DNA of 64,000 nt, from the NCBI GenBank assembly GCA_951406725.2, contig OX597814.1, forward strand, positions 104,842,001-104,906,000, in the 5' to 3' direction. Shown in pieces: positions 28,961-42,810 of this stretch (positions are counted from its first letter, which is position 1; the number at the start of each line of letters is the position of its first letter). Source of the stretch: Octopus vulgaris (lineage: Eukaryota). A program made the translations under genes and the position numbers. Under the pieces are notes generated by a model. The model worked only from the letters and a program-made list of their open reading frames with translations. It was not told the origin of the DNA and did not search any database.

Positions 28961-29212
28961 GTGAAGTTAGATTCAACCATGAATAATGAATGCAAAGCCC
29001 ACGTGTTTTTACTTGACAGGGCATATTTTGTTTATCAGATTTTAGTTAGCTGCTTACCTTTGGTACTAATGTCCTGACATTTTCCCTGTATCTACGTTGG
29101 TTTTACTTAAATGTAAAATGCCTCAAAATGACCGTGTAGACAGATACACAGATTTTATCCAGAGAAATCACTCTAGATATAGCAATAACAACGATCATCA
29201 CCACAGCAACAG

Positions 29213-29560
29213 CAGGAAGCACAATGGCCCAATGGTTAGAGTATCGCGGTTTCGATTCCCAGACCAGGCGTTGTGTGCGTTTATTGAGCGAAAACACCTA
29301 AAGCTCTACGAGGCTCCGGCAGGGGGTGGTGACGACCCCTGTTGTACTCTTTCACTCCAACTTTCTCTCACTCTTTCTTCCTGTTTCTTGTCCCCGACTT
29401 CCTACGCAACCGCTGAGCTTGGATGCGCATTCATCCATCCGTCGATGCTCTCGGTGTCGGAGGTTGACCTGCTTTCTCTTCTGCGGGTCTTACGAATAGC
29501 AAAGGACCACGTTTCGGACTTCTCCCATCTTGCGAACTCTGGGACGAAGACCGTTCGCTC
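29213..29560 (+). mobile_element. tRNA-derived SINE family D, tail type 1
   Basis: A-box TGGCCCAATGG, B-box GGTTTCGATTCC; body matches 59567-59752; (AACAGC)n tail. Confidence 0.85.
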
Positions 29561-30577
29561 AACAGCAACAGCAACAGCAGCAGCAATAGCAACAGCAACA
29601 GCAGCAGCAATAGCAACAGCAACAACACCACTCAACTAATACGATAAACAAGTGTGTTTGTTCCATATTTCTTAACAATACCGACACAGTCAAACAAACG
29701 ATCAAAACAAACGCCTAACAAGATCTTGGATTTCTTGCAAAGACTGAAGACTACAAACAACAATACAGATAAAGTGAGGTTTATGATTAATATTTCTAAT
29801 AATTTATAACAAGGGAATGTCATAAAATATTCCACTTATAAACTGTAATCAAAGACAAGCATTACGTAAGAATAGCGAAGAGACAACAAAAAAAAACGTT
29901 TAAATTAATAAAACAATGAGATAAAATCTGTTAATCTGTTGCTAATGAGCGCTGACGGCCCAATTATCGGGTTTGAACACAACAATGATGGAATGGAAAT
30001 AGAAACATGTAATTTTGAAATATCGATCTATAAATAATCGAAGAAAGAAAACTATTCAATTGATGGAATGTCGGAGAGTTGACGTGTCAAGAAAATGTTC
30101 GGTTTGGAATTAAAGAGAACAAACCGGTCATTGCTGCTATTTTGATCACACACAGCCGCACTTGTTATCAAATATATATAGATTCATTCACAACACACAC
30201 ACACACACACGCACACACACATGTACACACAAATACGCACAGATGCACACATGCACACACATACACACATATGTCATATTGTGTGAATCAACAATTACGC
30301 GTGTGTACGTGCGTATGTGCGCATGTGTATGGAGGTATTCAGGTGGAGATTAATGGTGGTGAGTATGAGTTTATAACTAGCATACACTTGCTCATAAATG
30401 CATAGATGATATGTGAGTATGTGGTGTGTACGCGTGTGTATATATATATATATATATATATGCGTGTATACACACACTCGTATTCTATTTATCTATATGT
30501 ATATATGTGTGTGTATATATATATATATTTACATATATATGAATATATACGTAAAATAATATATTATATACACATGC

Positions 30578-30612
<35 letters not shown>

Positions 30613-30839
30613 CATCACAAATAGTCTTTCCTCATCAGTTATCGTCCAAAGATCGTAAAAATGTCACACCTTTAACGATGAGATAGTTCATTTTGGTGAC
30701 GCCAACTGCGCAAGAGCTGCTGGAATATGTGAGCAGATATAAAGGACAGAATAAATCCAATACAAAAAAGCTAGGGACTGAAAACCGAACGAAAATAGAT
30801 AGAAAACGAAAATAAAGGACAGTAACGGAAACAAGCATA

Positions 30840-30956
<117 letters not shown>

Positions 30957-30979
30957 TACATACATGTTAAAAATGTTAT

Positions 30980-31041
30980 TTTCAACTGAAGATCGCAGAG
31001 TATGTTTGTCATGCAAAGCGTGAAATCAATTGATATTGAAA
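30980..31041 (+). ncRNA. Type I hammerhead ribozyme motif with intact core
   Basis: TTTCAA-CTGAAGA-T-CGC...GCG-T-GAAA-TC-AATT-GA-TA-TTGAAA. Confidence 0.7.
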
Positions 31042-31664
31042 TATACATTACTTATAGATGTATTCAACACAAAGGTAAACCTATTTCTCATATGTTCATC
31101 GCATTGCTCGTGTGTATCTTTATCGTGAGTTTTGTGGTGGGTTTTTGGAGCATTGGCTCTGATTTTAGCAAGTGGTATTATATACCTTATTGAATCTTAA
31201 GTTACCTTATATTGTGCCTGAAATGGTATGAACTTGCTAGCTACTTTATTATTGCTATAAATAACGGTAATAATACTACTTTATTTAAATTTATATAATT
31301 CAGTGATAGTTAGAGGTTGAGAAACCAACTAAGGGATAGTACCTATCCAATATATTGCTGGTAGTGCACTCAATTATAAATAATACTCAAGTGCTGGTTA
31401 TTGCGTGGCAATTTCACTATTGAGCGTAATAAATGGGTGAGGGTTAAAAGTGGTTTACCCTCAACTTATACGGCAAGTAGAAAATAGAGGGAATCCAGAG
31501 GTAGTATGCATCAACTGTTAGTCATTATATTATGTCTGTTTATTTATTGTTTTAGAATAAATAAATAAACATAATATAATGTTTAACAGTTGATGTATAA
31601 TGTTTCTGTATCCACTCCGTTTTCTTCTTGCCGTTTAAATTTATACACATACACACACAGAGGA

Positions 31665-31753
<89 letters not shown>

Positions 31754-32439
31754 GTATGTATATGCGCAACAGTTGCGGCGGCTGAAATATAGATGAAACA
31801 CTCATCAACGCACATATTCCCACACATACAAGCCACACAAGCATTCACAGGACTGATGTACAGGTAAATATACACATTGGGAAATTGAAACCCTCACCAA
31901 CATGTACTTGCAATTATATTTCACATTCTGCAGTGTGAGTGTGTGTGCGTGCGCGCGCATGTAAATCTATTCGTTAACAGATTTATACTAGTATATATAT
32001 TTTATACACACTCTCCCCGTCTCTCTCTCTCTCTCTCTCTCTTTCTGATATGTATATCAGTGCTATTTGTTAACAACTATGCACCGTTATATTTTACACA
32101 CAGCTGTAAACACATTTAAGCACTATTTCTTAAGCTGACGTCTACACACCTTTGACCTTTAAAAATTCAGAAACTTAAACTCGATAAATCTTCGCTGTTT
32201 TCTTTTTTGTGCTATTTTTAAAACGACCATTTTTCTTGTCACTTTTCAACGCAAAGCAACCAAGATTCTAGAGTTTTATTCCTTATTTTCGCTGCTGTTT
32301 GTTGGTAATATTTGGTAACTAAGCCTAATTTACAGATTGGCAGCATTCTAATTTAATTAATGTAAGTTCAAATCTCGCTATTGACAAAAGATTTTTGATC
32401 TTGAACACATTTAAACTTGTGGGTCAATATGTGTTCCAG

Positions 32440-33000
32440 TTGTCCTGAGTATGACTGGTAGCAGAGCTCCAGTTGGGGTGTTCCGGGATTTCAGGTGAGT
32501 AGAACCTCCTGCTTATCAATATTGCTCCTAGCTTTACTCTGATGCTGAGTAGAAGCTCAGGATCACAGAATCCCAGATATGGTTTAATTTGCATGACACA
32601 AAATTACTTCCGAGATATGGTAAGCCGCATACATTCCAAGGGAGTCAGGACAGATGAAGCCTTTCAACTCTTTAGCCGCTCATCTAAGAGAAGATAACTC
32701 TATACAAATCCTATGTCCTGATAACTACTGGTATCTTGGCACTTGTTGCAGCAGATCAATACAAGTTTGAAGGCGGAAAGATTCGGCCTGGTTCTGCACA
32801 AACTATGCCCACCATGATAATAGTGGGGTTGTTCAGCAAACCAAAGCGCCAGCATCAGCCCACCTTCTTCACAAGAAGTGACAGGGACAGGTAGAGCATT
32901 CTGCTGGAAATCTTCAGCTTTGACCACGCGCATAAAGGGCCATAGAATGGTTCTGTGCAGCAGAACATTTGTCGGAGCGACGGGAGAGTTCAATAAATAT
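32440..33000. mobile_element. Old repeat, probably a LINE 5' UTR; related copy at about 38040-38640
   Basis: Shared CTTTAGC.GCTCATCTAAGAGAAGATAAC and CTGCACAAAC.ATG.CC blocks. Confidence 0.5.
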
Positions 33001-34268
33001 ATTCTTTAGAGCTGGTAATATTTTACACAGGCGGGTGGAGTACTGTAAACGAGTGAGTGTTCTGTTAACTGTTTTACTGATGGGTAGACAACAGTCTCAG
33101 ATCGATCTAGAGGACCTTTGATCAAAAGCGCTCTGACTGTTACCGTCCCACCACATTCAAACATTAGGAATGTATAATTTCCTTATAGCGGTTTCATTGG
33201 TTGCGATTTGGTTATTATTTCTAGCAGGCTTACCAACTAGATACAAGCTCAACGACTGTTTTGGATAAATCAGCATTTTCTGTTCTATCTGACACTAGTT
33301 GCCCATTTAATCTAATGTTCATTATGTACACAAGTCAAACTCAAGTAGATTTATTATCAAAGACAATCCGGCTGTGACCATTGCAAATTTTGCTTGTCAT
33401 ATATAATAATATTTAGGACAACATTATAGATTTCGTACCTCCATTTTATAAGACCTACCGATATGATTTTGGAGAGATTTGGCTGTTGTTACTTAAAGGT
33501 CTACAGACCATACCTCTTAATTCGCAACAGCTGATTGGATCTACGTTCGATTTATGCTTTATTTCTAAATAAGAACAACAACATCAATAACAATGCTAGC
33601 ATCGAAAGTGTTTGGCACTGTTCGATTTCGTTCGACCTTCAACATGGATGTATTTATTAATCCCTTTTTCCGTATCAACGATGTCAGGCATTAATCGGTT
33701 AAGCCCTGTCTTCCTATCTGACTGTCAGATAAAGGCCTTGATTTTATTCTACCATAACTACCAGTTTTATGTGCCCCACTCGCTTGTCGTCTATCCAATT
33801 TACTCTTCCATCTTGTTCATAATCATTCTCATGCGATCCCCTGCAATCCATGATCTCAATAAATGAGATGCTGTGACATTTATGCATGTTCGACTTGCCT
33901 TCACGGTTGAACGAACTCAAATAAATTCCACTGTAAACGGATGTCAGTCGTCCATGCCTTGCCTCGCCTCTGCGGTTATAGACACAGTCTTGCACTGCAT
34001 ATCGTGTGTATAAATAATTAATACACACGTGTCAGTATATATATACATGTCATGTAAATAAACAATTAATATATACATGTCAGTCTGCTTTCATTTATTT
34101 GCCTGAAAGGAGACGAGGACATTCCCCCTCTCCCCGCATTCAGTTACGACACGCATTTCTTTACACAAGTTGGTCATTAAAGTTTCACCAGTCTTTTCTA
34201 CGGAGGTTAGTGTGTTCATTCATATGATATATACATACATACATACACACATACATATATATATATAT

Positions 34269-34331
<63 letters not shown>

Positions 34332-34573
34332 TGTATGTATGTATGTGTGTATGTATGTATGTATGCATGTATGCATGTATGCATATATGTATGTATGTAT
34401 GCATGTATGTATGTACGCATGCATGTATGTATGCATGCATGTATGTATGTATGTATGTATGTATGCATGTGCTTCTGTATATATGTATATAGATACATAT
34501 GTAAATACGTATGTATTTCACTGCTATGAATGTATATCAGCCTTCGATTGCTTTTCTCTCCTTTGTACTCTCA

Positions 34574-34609
<36 letters not shown>

Positions 34610-34705
34610 TATATTATATATATATATGTATGTATATATATACATATATACATGCATATATATATGCTCACACACATGTACATACACACACATACATATA
34701 TGTAT

Positions 34706-34736
<31 letters not shown>

Positions 34737-34743
34737 CATACAC

Positions 34744-34789
<46 letters not shown>

Positions 34790-35951
34790 GTATGTGTGTG
34801 TGCGTGTGTGTGTCAGTAAATTATATAGAAAATGTAATATTAATTGGAGCAAGAAAGACGGGCTGCGTGGAGAGAATCACATAACGACAGGCAGAGTGAA
34901 TGTTTTTATAGGAGGGCAGCCTTTAAGTTGTCTGCTCGTGTAAGTCCATTAAAGAAGAAACCGAATAAGAGAATGTAGGAAGCCGCGAGCTGTAGATCCA
35001 GGTATTTCGAGGACTTGCAATAATAAAACATTTCACTGCTGTATTAAATTGCTTTCTTCTGACGTCTACAAAGCCTGCTCTGTGCTATGTCTCTCACATA
35101 AAAGGAATGCTCGATAATGAAGAGTATTGGTCTTTTCATGAATTTCTTTTTACCTTTCATTCTTTCATGGAGGGTCAATGAGATTAGTCTGCCGGTAATT
35201 CATTCGCGCTTCACTGTACTGACTTCCTCTTTAAATCCGACTCCATGCCTCAGCTACAAACTCAACCCCAGTGTGCTATATAAGTCAGAGTTTATTGTCA
35301 TTCGTGTTAGTATTATTATTAGTGTGTATAATGTTTAGTGTCTGCATGTGTATTGTGTGTAAAAATGTGTGTGTTTGTGTATGTGTGTGAATGAGTGTGA
35401 TTGTTTATAGTTGTAGGAATATTAACACGAGCTTCCTGTATGTACTGTTTATATCTCTCTTCGAAAAACAAATCAATAAAAAAGAAAACGAATTCTCAAT
35501 TGAAAAAGAAAACAATAAGACATGCGTTAGTGATTTAATGTCAGAATCGTAAACTGGTTATAAATTAACTTTATTAAATCTAAAATGTGTAAAGTTTACT
35601 TCAGTTTTATTCGCTTCACACTACTGCTATTTACATACTGTCTTTCACACTCAACACACCCAAACATATTATCATTTACTGGTATGTTAACTCTCATATA
35701 ACGTAAAGTCTTGATTTATTAAAATTATCTCCGCTCCTAGAGGATGCATCATGACCACCAAAAGGCCATTAACGCTAACAACTCCTGTGAAGGGGAGATA
35801 ATCCGAAGGGTAGCAAATACCCTGAAGCTGACATGTCGGTTAAAGTAAAAAAACTGGAGAGAACACTTGTAATGTTCAACTACATGACGCTGACCACTCA
35901 GTTATTTCTCTTCGTTCATTTTTTACACACACACACACAGACAGACAGACA

Positions 35952-35989
<38 letters not shown>

Positions 35990-36105
35990 TACACACGTAT
36001 ATATATATATAGTTGGACTTTACAGGAGAATTAAGACAAAAGACGAAGACGTCTGTGTAAACAACCATCAAATGTATTAGTTCAACGCTCTGGAAGTAAG
36101 AAAAT

Positions 36106-36141
36106 CTTTTACGTTTCGAGCCTACGCTCTTCAACAGAAAG
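36106..36141 (-). ncRNA. Minimal hammerhead motif with a CUGUUGA core variant
   Basis: CTTT-CTGTTGA-A-GAGC-GTAG-GCTC-GAAA-CG-TA-AAAG. Confidence 0.65.
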
Positions 36142-36722
36142 GAACACAGAAATAAACAGGGAGAGAAAATAGAAAAAAGGTTTAGTAGCTTTCGAACAAA
36201 TATCCTACATATATATTTATTTCTACTTTTATTCTCTTATTTCCCCTTAAACTTCGTATTTCCATCCTTTTCGAAAATGACTCCTTATATTGAACTCTAA
36301 ATATTTCCCTCTATTTAACAATCTCACATTTTCTCGATATCCCTAAACCCCAGAAAAAGCTGTAAGACTAACTTTCTCTTTATAAATGTCCTGAAAATTC
36401 CACACAGCCTTGGCTTTGTTGTGTCATTTCATTTAACACACACAAGTGTGTGTGTGTGTTTGTGTGCTTAAAAACAAAGGAAGTAGTCAGAATATTGGAT
36501 AATTCCTCTATTAATACTTTCGTCTCGTTCATTGAGACTCAACTGAAAGTTTTCTGTCTTTTATACAAGTTTTTGAAGTTGCATGAAAGCAGAAAAACAT
36601 TTTCGTCTATAGAATTCATATATGATGAGTCTCTAATAAAGACTTATCCCAAATTCTGACTCCTTCCTTTTTTCTTAATATATAAAATCTGTATACCACT
36701 TCAAACAACCTATACATACATG

Positions 36723-36789
<67 letters not shown>

Positions 36790-37428
36790 ATACACATACA
36801 CACACACACAAACACACACACACACACATATATATATATATGCACGCACAAGCACACACAGACAGATATAGGTATATACACACACACACACACAGACAGA
36901 TATGAGTATACACACACACGCGCGAATGAACGAACAGACGGACGTTACACCCAGTACATTTGGTAGGAATTACATATATTATTTTATATGACTAATACAA
37001 CCAAAAGATTCGTAGGTTCTTAGAACGAGCATCTCTCGTCAGGCAACGAGATACGTTTTTGAAGTCTGTAAAATTTCTCACTGTGTTTTTCACATGTTAA
37101 ATATTCTCTGCTGCGCTTTGCCCTCGAGAGTTTTCTAAATGTGGATATCCATTGAAGCTAATTAACGGATTAGTGATTAATCAAGCTATGCTATGCGTTT
37201 CCGCTACTTTTGCCGTATTTAAGTCTGTTTCTTAGACATTTCTACGATACTGACATGAAGGCAATAGACGAGACATTTATCCCTGAAGACCATCGTCCAA
37301 TGGCATAGCCTTTTGGCACACGTAAACGTGAGCCTCTCCTCTCCCTAGGGCCGTATATTTCATAACATAATAATATAGCTGACATTATTTACATTTGACG
37401 GATATTTGTCCTCATCTTGTTTGTTGTT

Positions 37429-37477
37429 AACACAACGTTTCGGCTGATATACCCCCACCCAGCCTTCGTCAAGTGCC
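37429..37477 (-). ncRNA. Minimal hammerhead motif, left arm (C3 changed to U)
   Basis: GGCAC-TTGACGA-A-GGCTG..CAGCC-GAAA-CG-TT-GTGTT. Confidence 0.65.
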
Positions 37478-37574
37478 TTGGGGAAATTTCGAACCTGGGT
37501 TCTCATTCCTAAGCGTAGTGGTTAAGAGCGCGGGCTACTGACTCCAAGATTCCCAGTTCCATTCCAGGCAGTGA

Positions 37575-37679
<105 letters not shown>

Positions 37680-37732
37680 TAATAATAACATCGAAAAATA
37701 GGAATGAGAACCCAGGTTCAAAATTTCTCCAA

Positions 37733-37778
37733 GACACCTGATGAAGGCTGGAAGGTATATCAGCTGAAAGGTTGAGTT
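37733..37778 (+). ncRNA. Minimal hammerhead motif, right arm
   Basis: GACAC-CTGATGA-A-GGCTG..CAGCT-GAAA-GG-TT-GAGTT. Confidence 0.65.
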
Positions 37779-38818
37779 AACAACAAACAAGATTAGGACA
37801 AATATCCGTCAAATGTAAATAATGTAAATAATGTACATAATTCCTCATCTATTAAATATAGAACTATAATAATAATATAGCTGCAACCGATTTCATGTCA
37901 TCTATAATGCAATACCACAGCTTTAACTCGATACTACAATACCAAAGCGCCAACATATTTAGTATCTTTACCTATAATTTAAGTACTGCATTACTATACT
38001 ATACCATAGTGTGGAACTCTGGTTCTTTAGATCCTAGATTTGAGGAATGTAGAATCCTATATTAGCTATTATTGTTCTCAGGAACACTCTGGCCCGCACT
38101 ACTGTCAGGGTTTTAGCTAGGGGTTAATTAGCTTGTCACAAATTTGCCCCCAGCAGAAGACCACTCGTGCACATCCCTACCGCTCAGCAATGAGGCCTTA
38201 TATTTCTTTAGCTGCTCATCTAAGAGAAGATAACACATCCTAATGCATACTGGGCTCGTGTCAGTTATTACACAATTAAAATATAAGTTTTAGGGAAGAG
38301 ACAGCGGGAATGACTCTGCACAAACCATGTCCTCTATAAAAATAGAATGAGCCCCTGCTTCCTTGAGGGGTATTTCATTGGGCGTGTAAAAATGCTAAGA
38401 ATGCAAAAGCTAGACACAATCCGGTGTGAAGAAGCTGAAGGCAGATGTGTACAGTGAAACTTAAACAATATCTGGCTCAATGGAATCTGCGAACATAGTG
38501 ACTAGTCTTTCCTTCGTGACATATCCATGAACGGAGATGTACGTTCAGATGGAGCTAAGCACGAGTTTCTGAACACAGCCTCGGCTCAACAAAGATGGTT
38601 GAATTACAGTCTGTACCCTCTACAAGCAACAAGAAGGGCCAAACATATTTCTGATTTCACTATATACTTCAATACGGCACATTTCAAGTAAAGATATTTG
38701 CACTTAGCAGATGCATATATTTTGGGGTTTATTACAGATAAGGAATTTTGCAGATACATTTGCACACACTCGCAGATATATATGCATATATATATATATA
38801 TATATATATGAGTGTGTG

Positions 38819-38861
<43 letters not shown>

Positions 38862-39270
38862 ATAGTTTAAAGAAAACAGAGAATATACATACACACACAC
38901 ACACAACAACACACACACACACGTTAGATGTATATATATATATATATTTGTGCGTATATATATAGGCTTAGATAAATAGCAATGTCGTTTGTTTCGTGAT
39001 TGATCGCTCCTCTCAGCAGGAAATGGTGGTTTTTCGATGTGCAGAGCTGGAAATTCGTTGTTTACGACTCTGGATGCAAAAGAGATATAAAAGAATACAG
39101 AAAGGTCATTGATGAATATTTTAATGTTTCTACAATATCTTTTTCTTCCTCATTAATCCCAGCAGTGCCGCGTGATAAATCCCTGGTCTCTAATAAGCTT
39201 TCTAATACAAATAAATGCCAACTGACGCATTTTAACTTGGGGGTTTAGATATATATATATATATATGTAG

Positions 39271-39309
<39 letters not shown>

Positions 39310-39358
39310 CATGCATATATATATATACATGTATATATATATATACATATATATATAG

Positions 39359-39437
<79 letters not shown>

Positions 39438-39779
39438 TGTATGTATATAGTTATTTCCTGCTGGTCGTGTAGATAAGGTGTTGTGCCAGTTCGACTGTCC
39501 TGCGTTCTATCCGTGCGGGAGTCAGTTCAGTCATATTGACTCAGATCAGTGATACCTGAATACAGCCAAAGCTTCGAAGATGTCACTGTTACTTCTTTTC
39601 TTGTAAGTTTATGTAAATATAAAAGATTATTCGCATATTTATTTTTAATCTGTGTTGGCAGGTGAAGATGCGTAAAATGCTGATTGCTGTTGTGTATGTC
39701 ATCGGAGAATAACTCCTATATGACGTTCACCACAGCAAACAGCATGTCTTGCGTCTGGACCTATCTTGGTGTATTAAGC

Positions 39780-41491
39780 ACAAATATGCTAATAACAAAT
39801 TTCAGAGTCAAGAAAAAAACCCATAATTCTCATGTACATTTTATTAGGAAGTTGAATGAGTTAAATTCGAATTTTATAACAAAAATTTCCCATCTCGTTA
39901 CATTTTCTTGTAAATTACCGACTAAATAACAAATTATACCAATTTCCACGATGCCATAAATTTATTTTGCTCCCAAAGTCAGATTAAATATGTCCATTGT
40001 AATTAATTCATAAATATCTAATGAATCGGCTTGTTTGTTAGCATTATATAATGCATTTTAATATTTACTTCTTCGTTTATAAGACGTTTCAGGTGTGTCA
40101 CGCTTCAGGTTCCAGAAGAATTCAGCCAGCATAGCTGGGCCCCATTTTCCCTTATACTTGTTTTCCATTGACGCTATATCTTGATGTAACCTCTCTCATT
40201 GTTCATCATTCACATCTCCTGCATTCTCTGGGAAGAAGGACAGATGAAAATGAAGAAAGTGTACCTTCAGCGACATATTGCATCCGGGATCTTGGTAGCA
40301 CTTGATTAGGCTCTCCACTATACTCTCTCGCTGGATCACTTGGTGCTTTCCCAGAAGTCATTTGATTACATTTTGAATGCATCTCAGGCCGCTAGCTCAG
40401 TTCCATCAATTGTCGCCTCGAAGCCCTCATCAACTATATTTGAGGGCCTACTAATATGCCCCCTCTTTAATCTTGGCATCACTTATTTTAAGAGAAGATC
40501 GCCTTGAGGTACTGGAAACATGGCTTGTTATGTTGCAGTGCTTTAGTAAATTGCTTTATTAGGTTTATATACATTGGTGGCAAAACGGTTTTCTCTTTCT
40601 TAACCAGTGGCTCATGTTTTACATTATGACATCTAGGCATCATAGTTTCCCGAGGTGGCCATTCTGGGCGTACATAATGTTCTGATCTGGCCTTACTGTC
40701 CCACTTGCAAAGGAAGCACATAAACTTGGCGGCCCATTAAGTAGGTCCACTACGATCAAGTCCGCACAGATTAGCCACTCATGCGACTTGTAAATTATGC
40801 AGTCTAGAATAAGAGAGAGGTTCTCATATGTCTCTCTTAAAATGATTGAGTGAGAAATTAGAACTGAAGGCATGATGTTCCTGATATGCGCAGCAGAACC
40901 ACTTTTATTCTGTAAAGGGGTGCATCTATGAATAACCCCCATTCAATTGGTTCATAGGTCAACTCAAGGGCATTGATTACGTCTCTGATATCATTACAAT
41001 AAATCAAGTTGTTTTCCAGTGAAGAATTGCTGTAGATCTGCAGAACGCTTCCTAAATACTGCAATTCGAGTATCTTTACCCAACATGTTCCATTGTTGCA
41101 GAATTGGGGGCCAGGACTTCACTCTGTTGAGTTCAGGTTGTGTGATGCGGTGTAGTTTCTTGTCAGATTCACCACAGATCTGAACCCATATGACTGTAAA
41201 ACTATTGAGTATACCTTTATAATTTTCATAAGTTAGGTTGACAAATACCTTAGGACCACCCTATTAAAATTATATCAAAACCCGTTCATGACTTTTAGAG
41301 TTGTTAGTTTCGACCCAATCCTGTTTGCATTTAATTCCTACGGAAACATTAGTGCATTTAACGTAAGATGGCAATTTATGAGAAACTGGAGAGGCACAGA
41401 AAGAAACGGATGTTGTATTCGTGATCTACACACACAATACCGCTAGGAAATGTTATTCTCATTTTCATCTTTTTGTCATCTTTATACAGTG
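39780..41491 (-). mobile_element. Degenerate Chapaev3-like (CMC) DNA transposon
   Basis: EWGLFID, ETYENL, WLICADL, CFLCKWDSKAR, SDAKIKEG, MSLKVHFLH.HLSFFPEN.GDVNDEQ.ERLHQDI and MLAEFFWNLKRD; CACTG terminus at 41491; left end uncertain. Confidence 0.8.
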
Positions 41492-42130
41492 TAATCATTC
41501 CAGAACTGGCTGTACATGGTGAAAATAACGAGTTCTTTTTAAATGAATATGTACTTTACTAAGAAAAAGTATTGGGCAATCGTTCAGTTTAATGTTAGAT
41601 AGTTTATTACTTGACATAATAGCAAACATTACATATCTTAGTGTGTTTTTTGGGGGGTCATTACGTCAATAGGGATAAGACAAATACTGGTTTAATATCA
41701 GTTCCTTATTGTGGGTCAACTGGTTAAATATCTAACCAACTAAATAACTGATCCTTTGTTTAACGTGTTCGTTAAACAATCAACTGGGTATTTGTTAATC
41801 AAAGTCATTTTGACACAATTTATAACGTCACCAATGACTTTCTCTCTTCAGGGACTGTCCTGAGACAGACTTTGAACACACACACACACATGCACGCACG
41901 CATGCACGAACCCCCCCACGCACATAGACACATATGTATATGGATATACATATGCATGCTATGTAGTATGCATGAAAAGTTAAATTAAAACAACAATTGA
42001 GTAGAAAAGTTGCCATTTTCTCCACCCGTATAAGCATAATTATAGACTTAAATACGCACATTTATACACAAATTCGCTCATGCATATATGCATACACATA
42101 TACATACATTTATATATATATATATATATT

Positions 42131-42756
42131 AAAATAGTGTACATTTAAACACAAAAAACTACCCTTTAACAGGTAATTTTTACATGCTAGAAATAGCAGC
42201 CAACACGACCAAAACCACGATTTAATAGCAATTTTCGAAGTAAATGAAAAATAAAACTTTTACTTTGTTATTTTTATTAGCGGTTATACCAAAGTTTCGA
42301 ATTTCTTGTAAATAAGATTATTTGCTAACCTTTAATAGGTAATTTAGCAAAATAATATTATCCACCAGGCGAATTCACGTCAGTAACCGGCCTTAAAAAC
42401 TAACTTATAATTCGGAGACGAGATAATACGTGTCTCGTCATTATATGTCAAAATTTTTCAAAATTCCGCGCGCAGGCGCATTTACAGTCGGCAATGAAAA
42501 CAATGCCGAGCTGAATCTTCGAGAATGCTAAGAACATCATAAGATACATCTATATGGTGGCGAATATTCGTTATAAATATCACCCCCAGTGGCCTAGCAT
42601 GTATAAATAGTCAATAGACAACATATTCATATTTTAAGATAGTGTACATTTAAACACAAAAGAAAACTACCCTTTAACAGGTATTGACTATTTATAAATG
42701 CTAGGCTACTGGTGGTGATATTTATAACGAATATTCGCTACCCTATATATGTATCT

Positions 42757-42760
<4 letters not shown>
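42131..42760. mobile_element. Penelope-like non-autonomous element with direct and inverted repeats
   Basis: Direct repeat 42134-42175 / 42639-42683; 79-bp inverted repeat 42538-42616 / 42682-42760 (6 mismatches); internal hammerhead. Confidence 0.65.
42281..42389 (-). ncRNA. Type I hammerhead motif with a ~78-nt stem II (A9 changed to U)
   Basis: CGGTTA-CTGACGT-GAATT...AATTC-GAAAC-TTTG-GTA-TAACCG, followed by AATAAA. Confidence 0.7.

Positions 42761-42810
<50 letters not shown>

Noticed and set aside
30624-30640. Minus-strand CTGATGA-G-GAAA
   Set aside because: No stem II.
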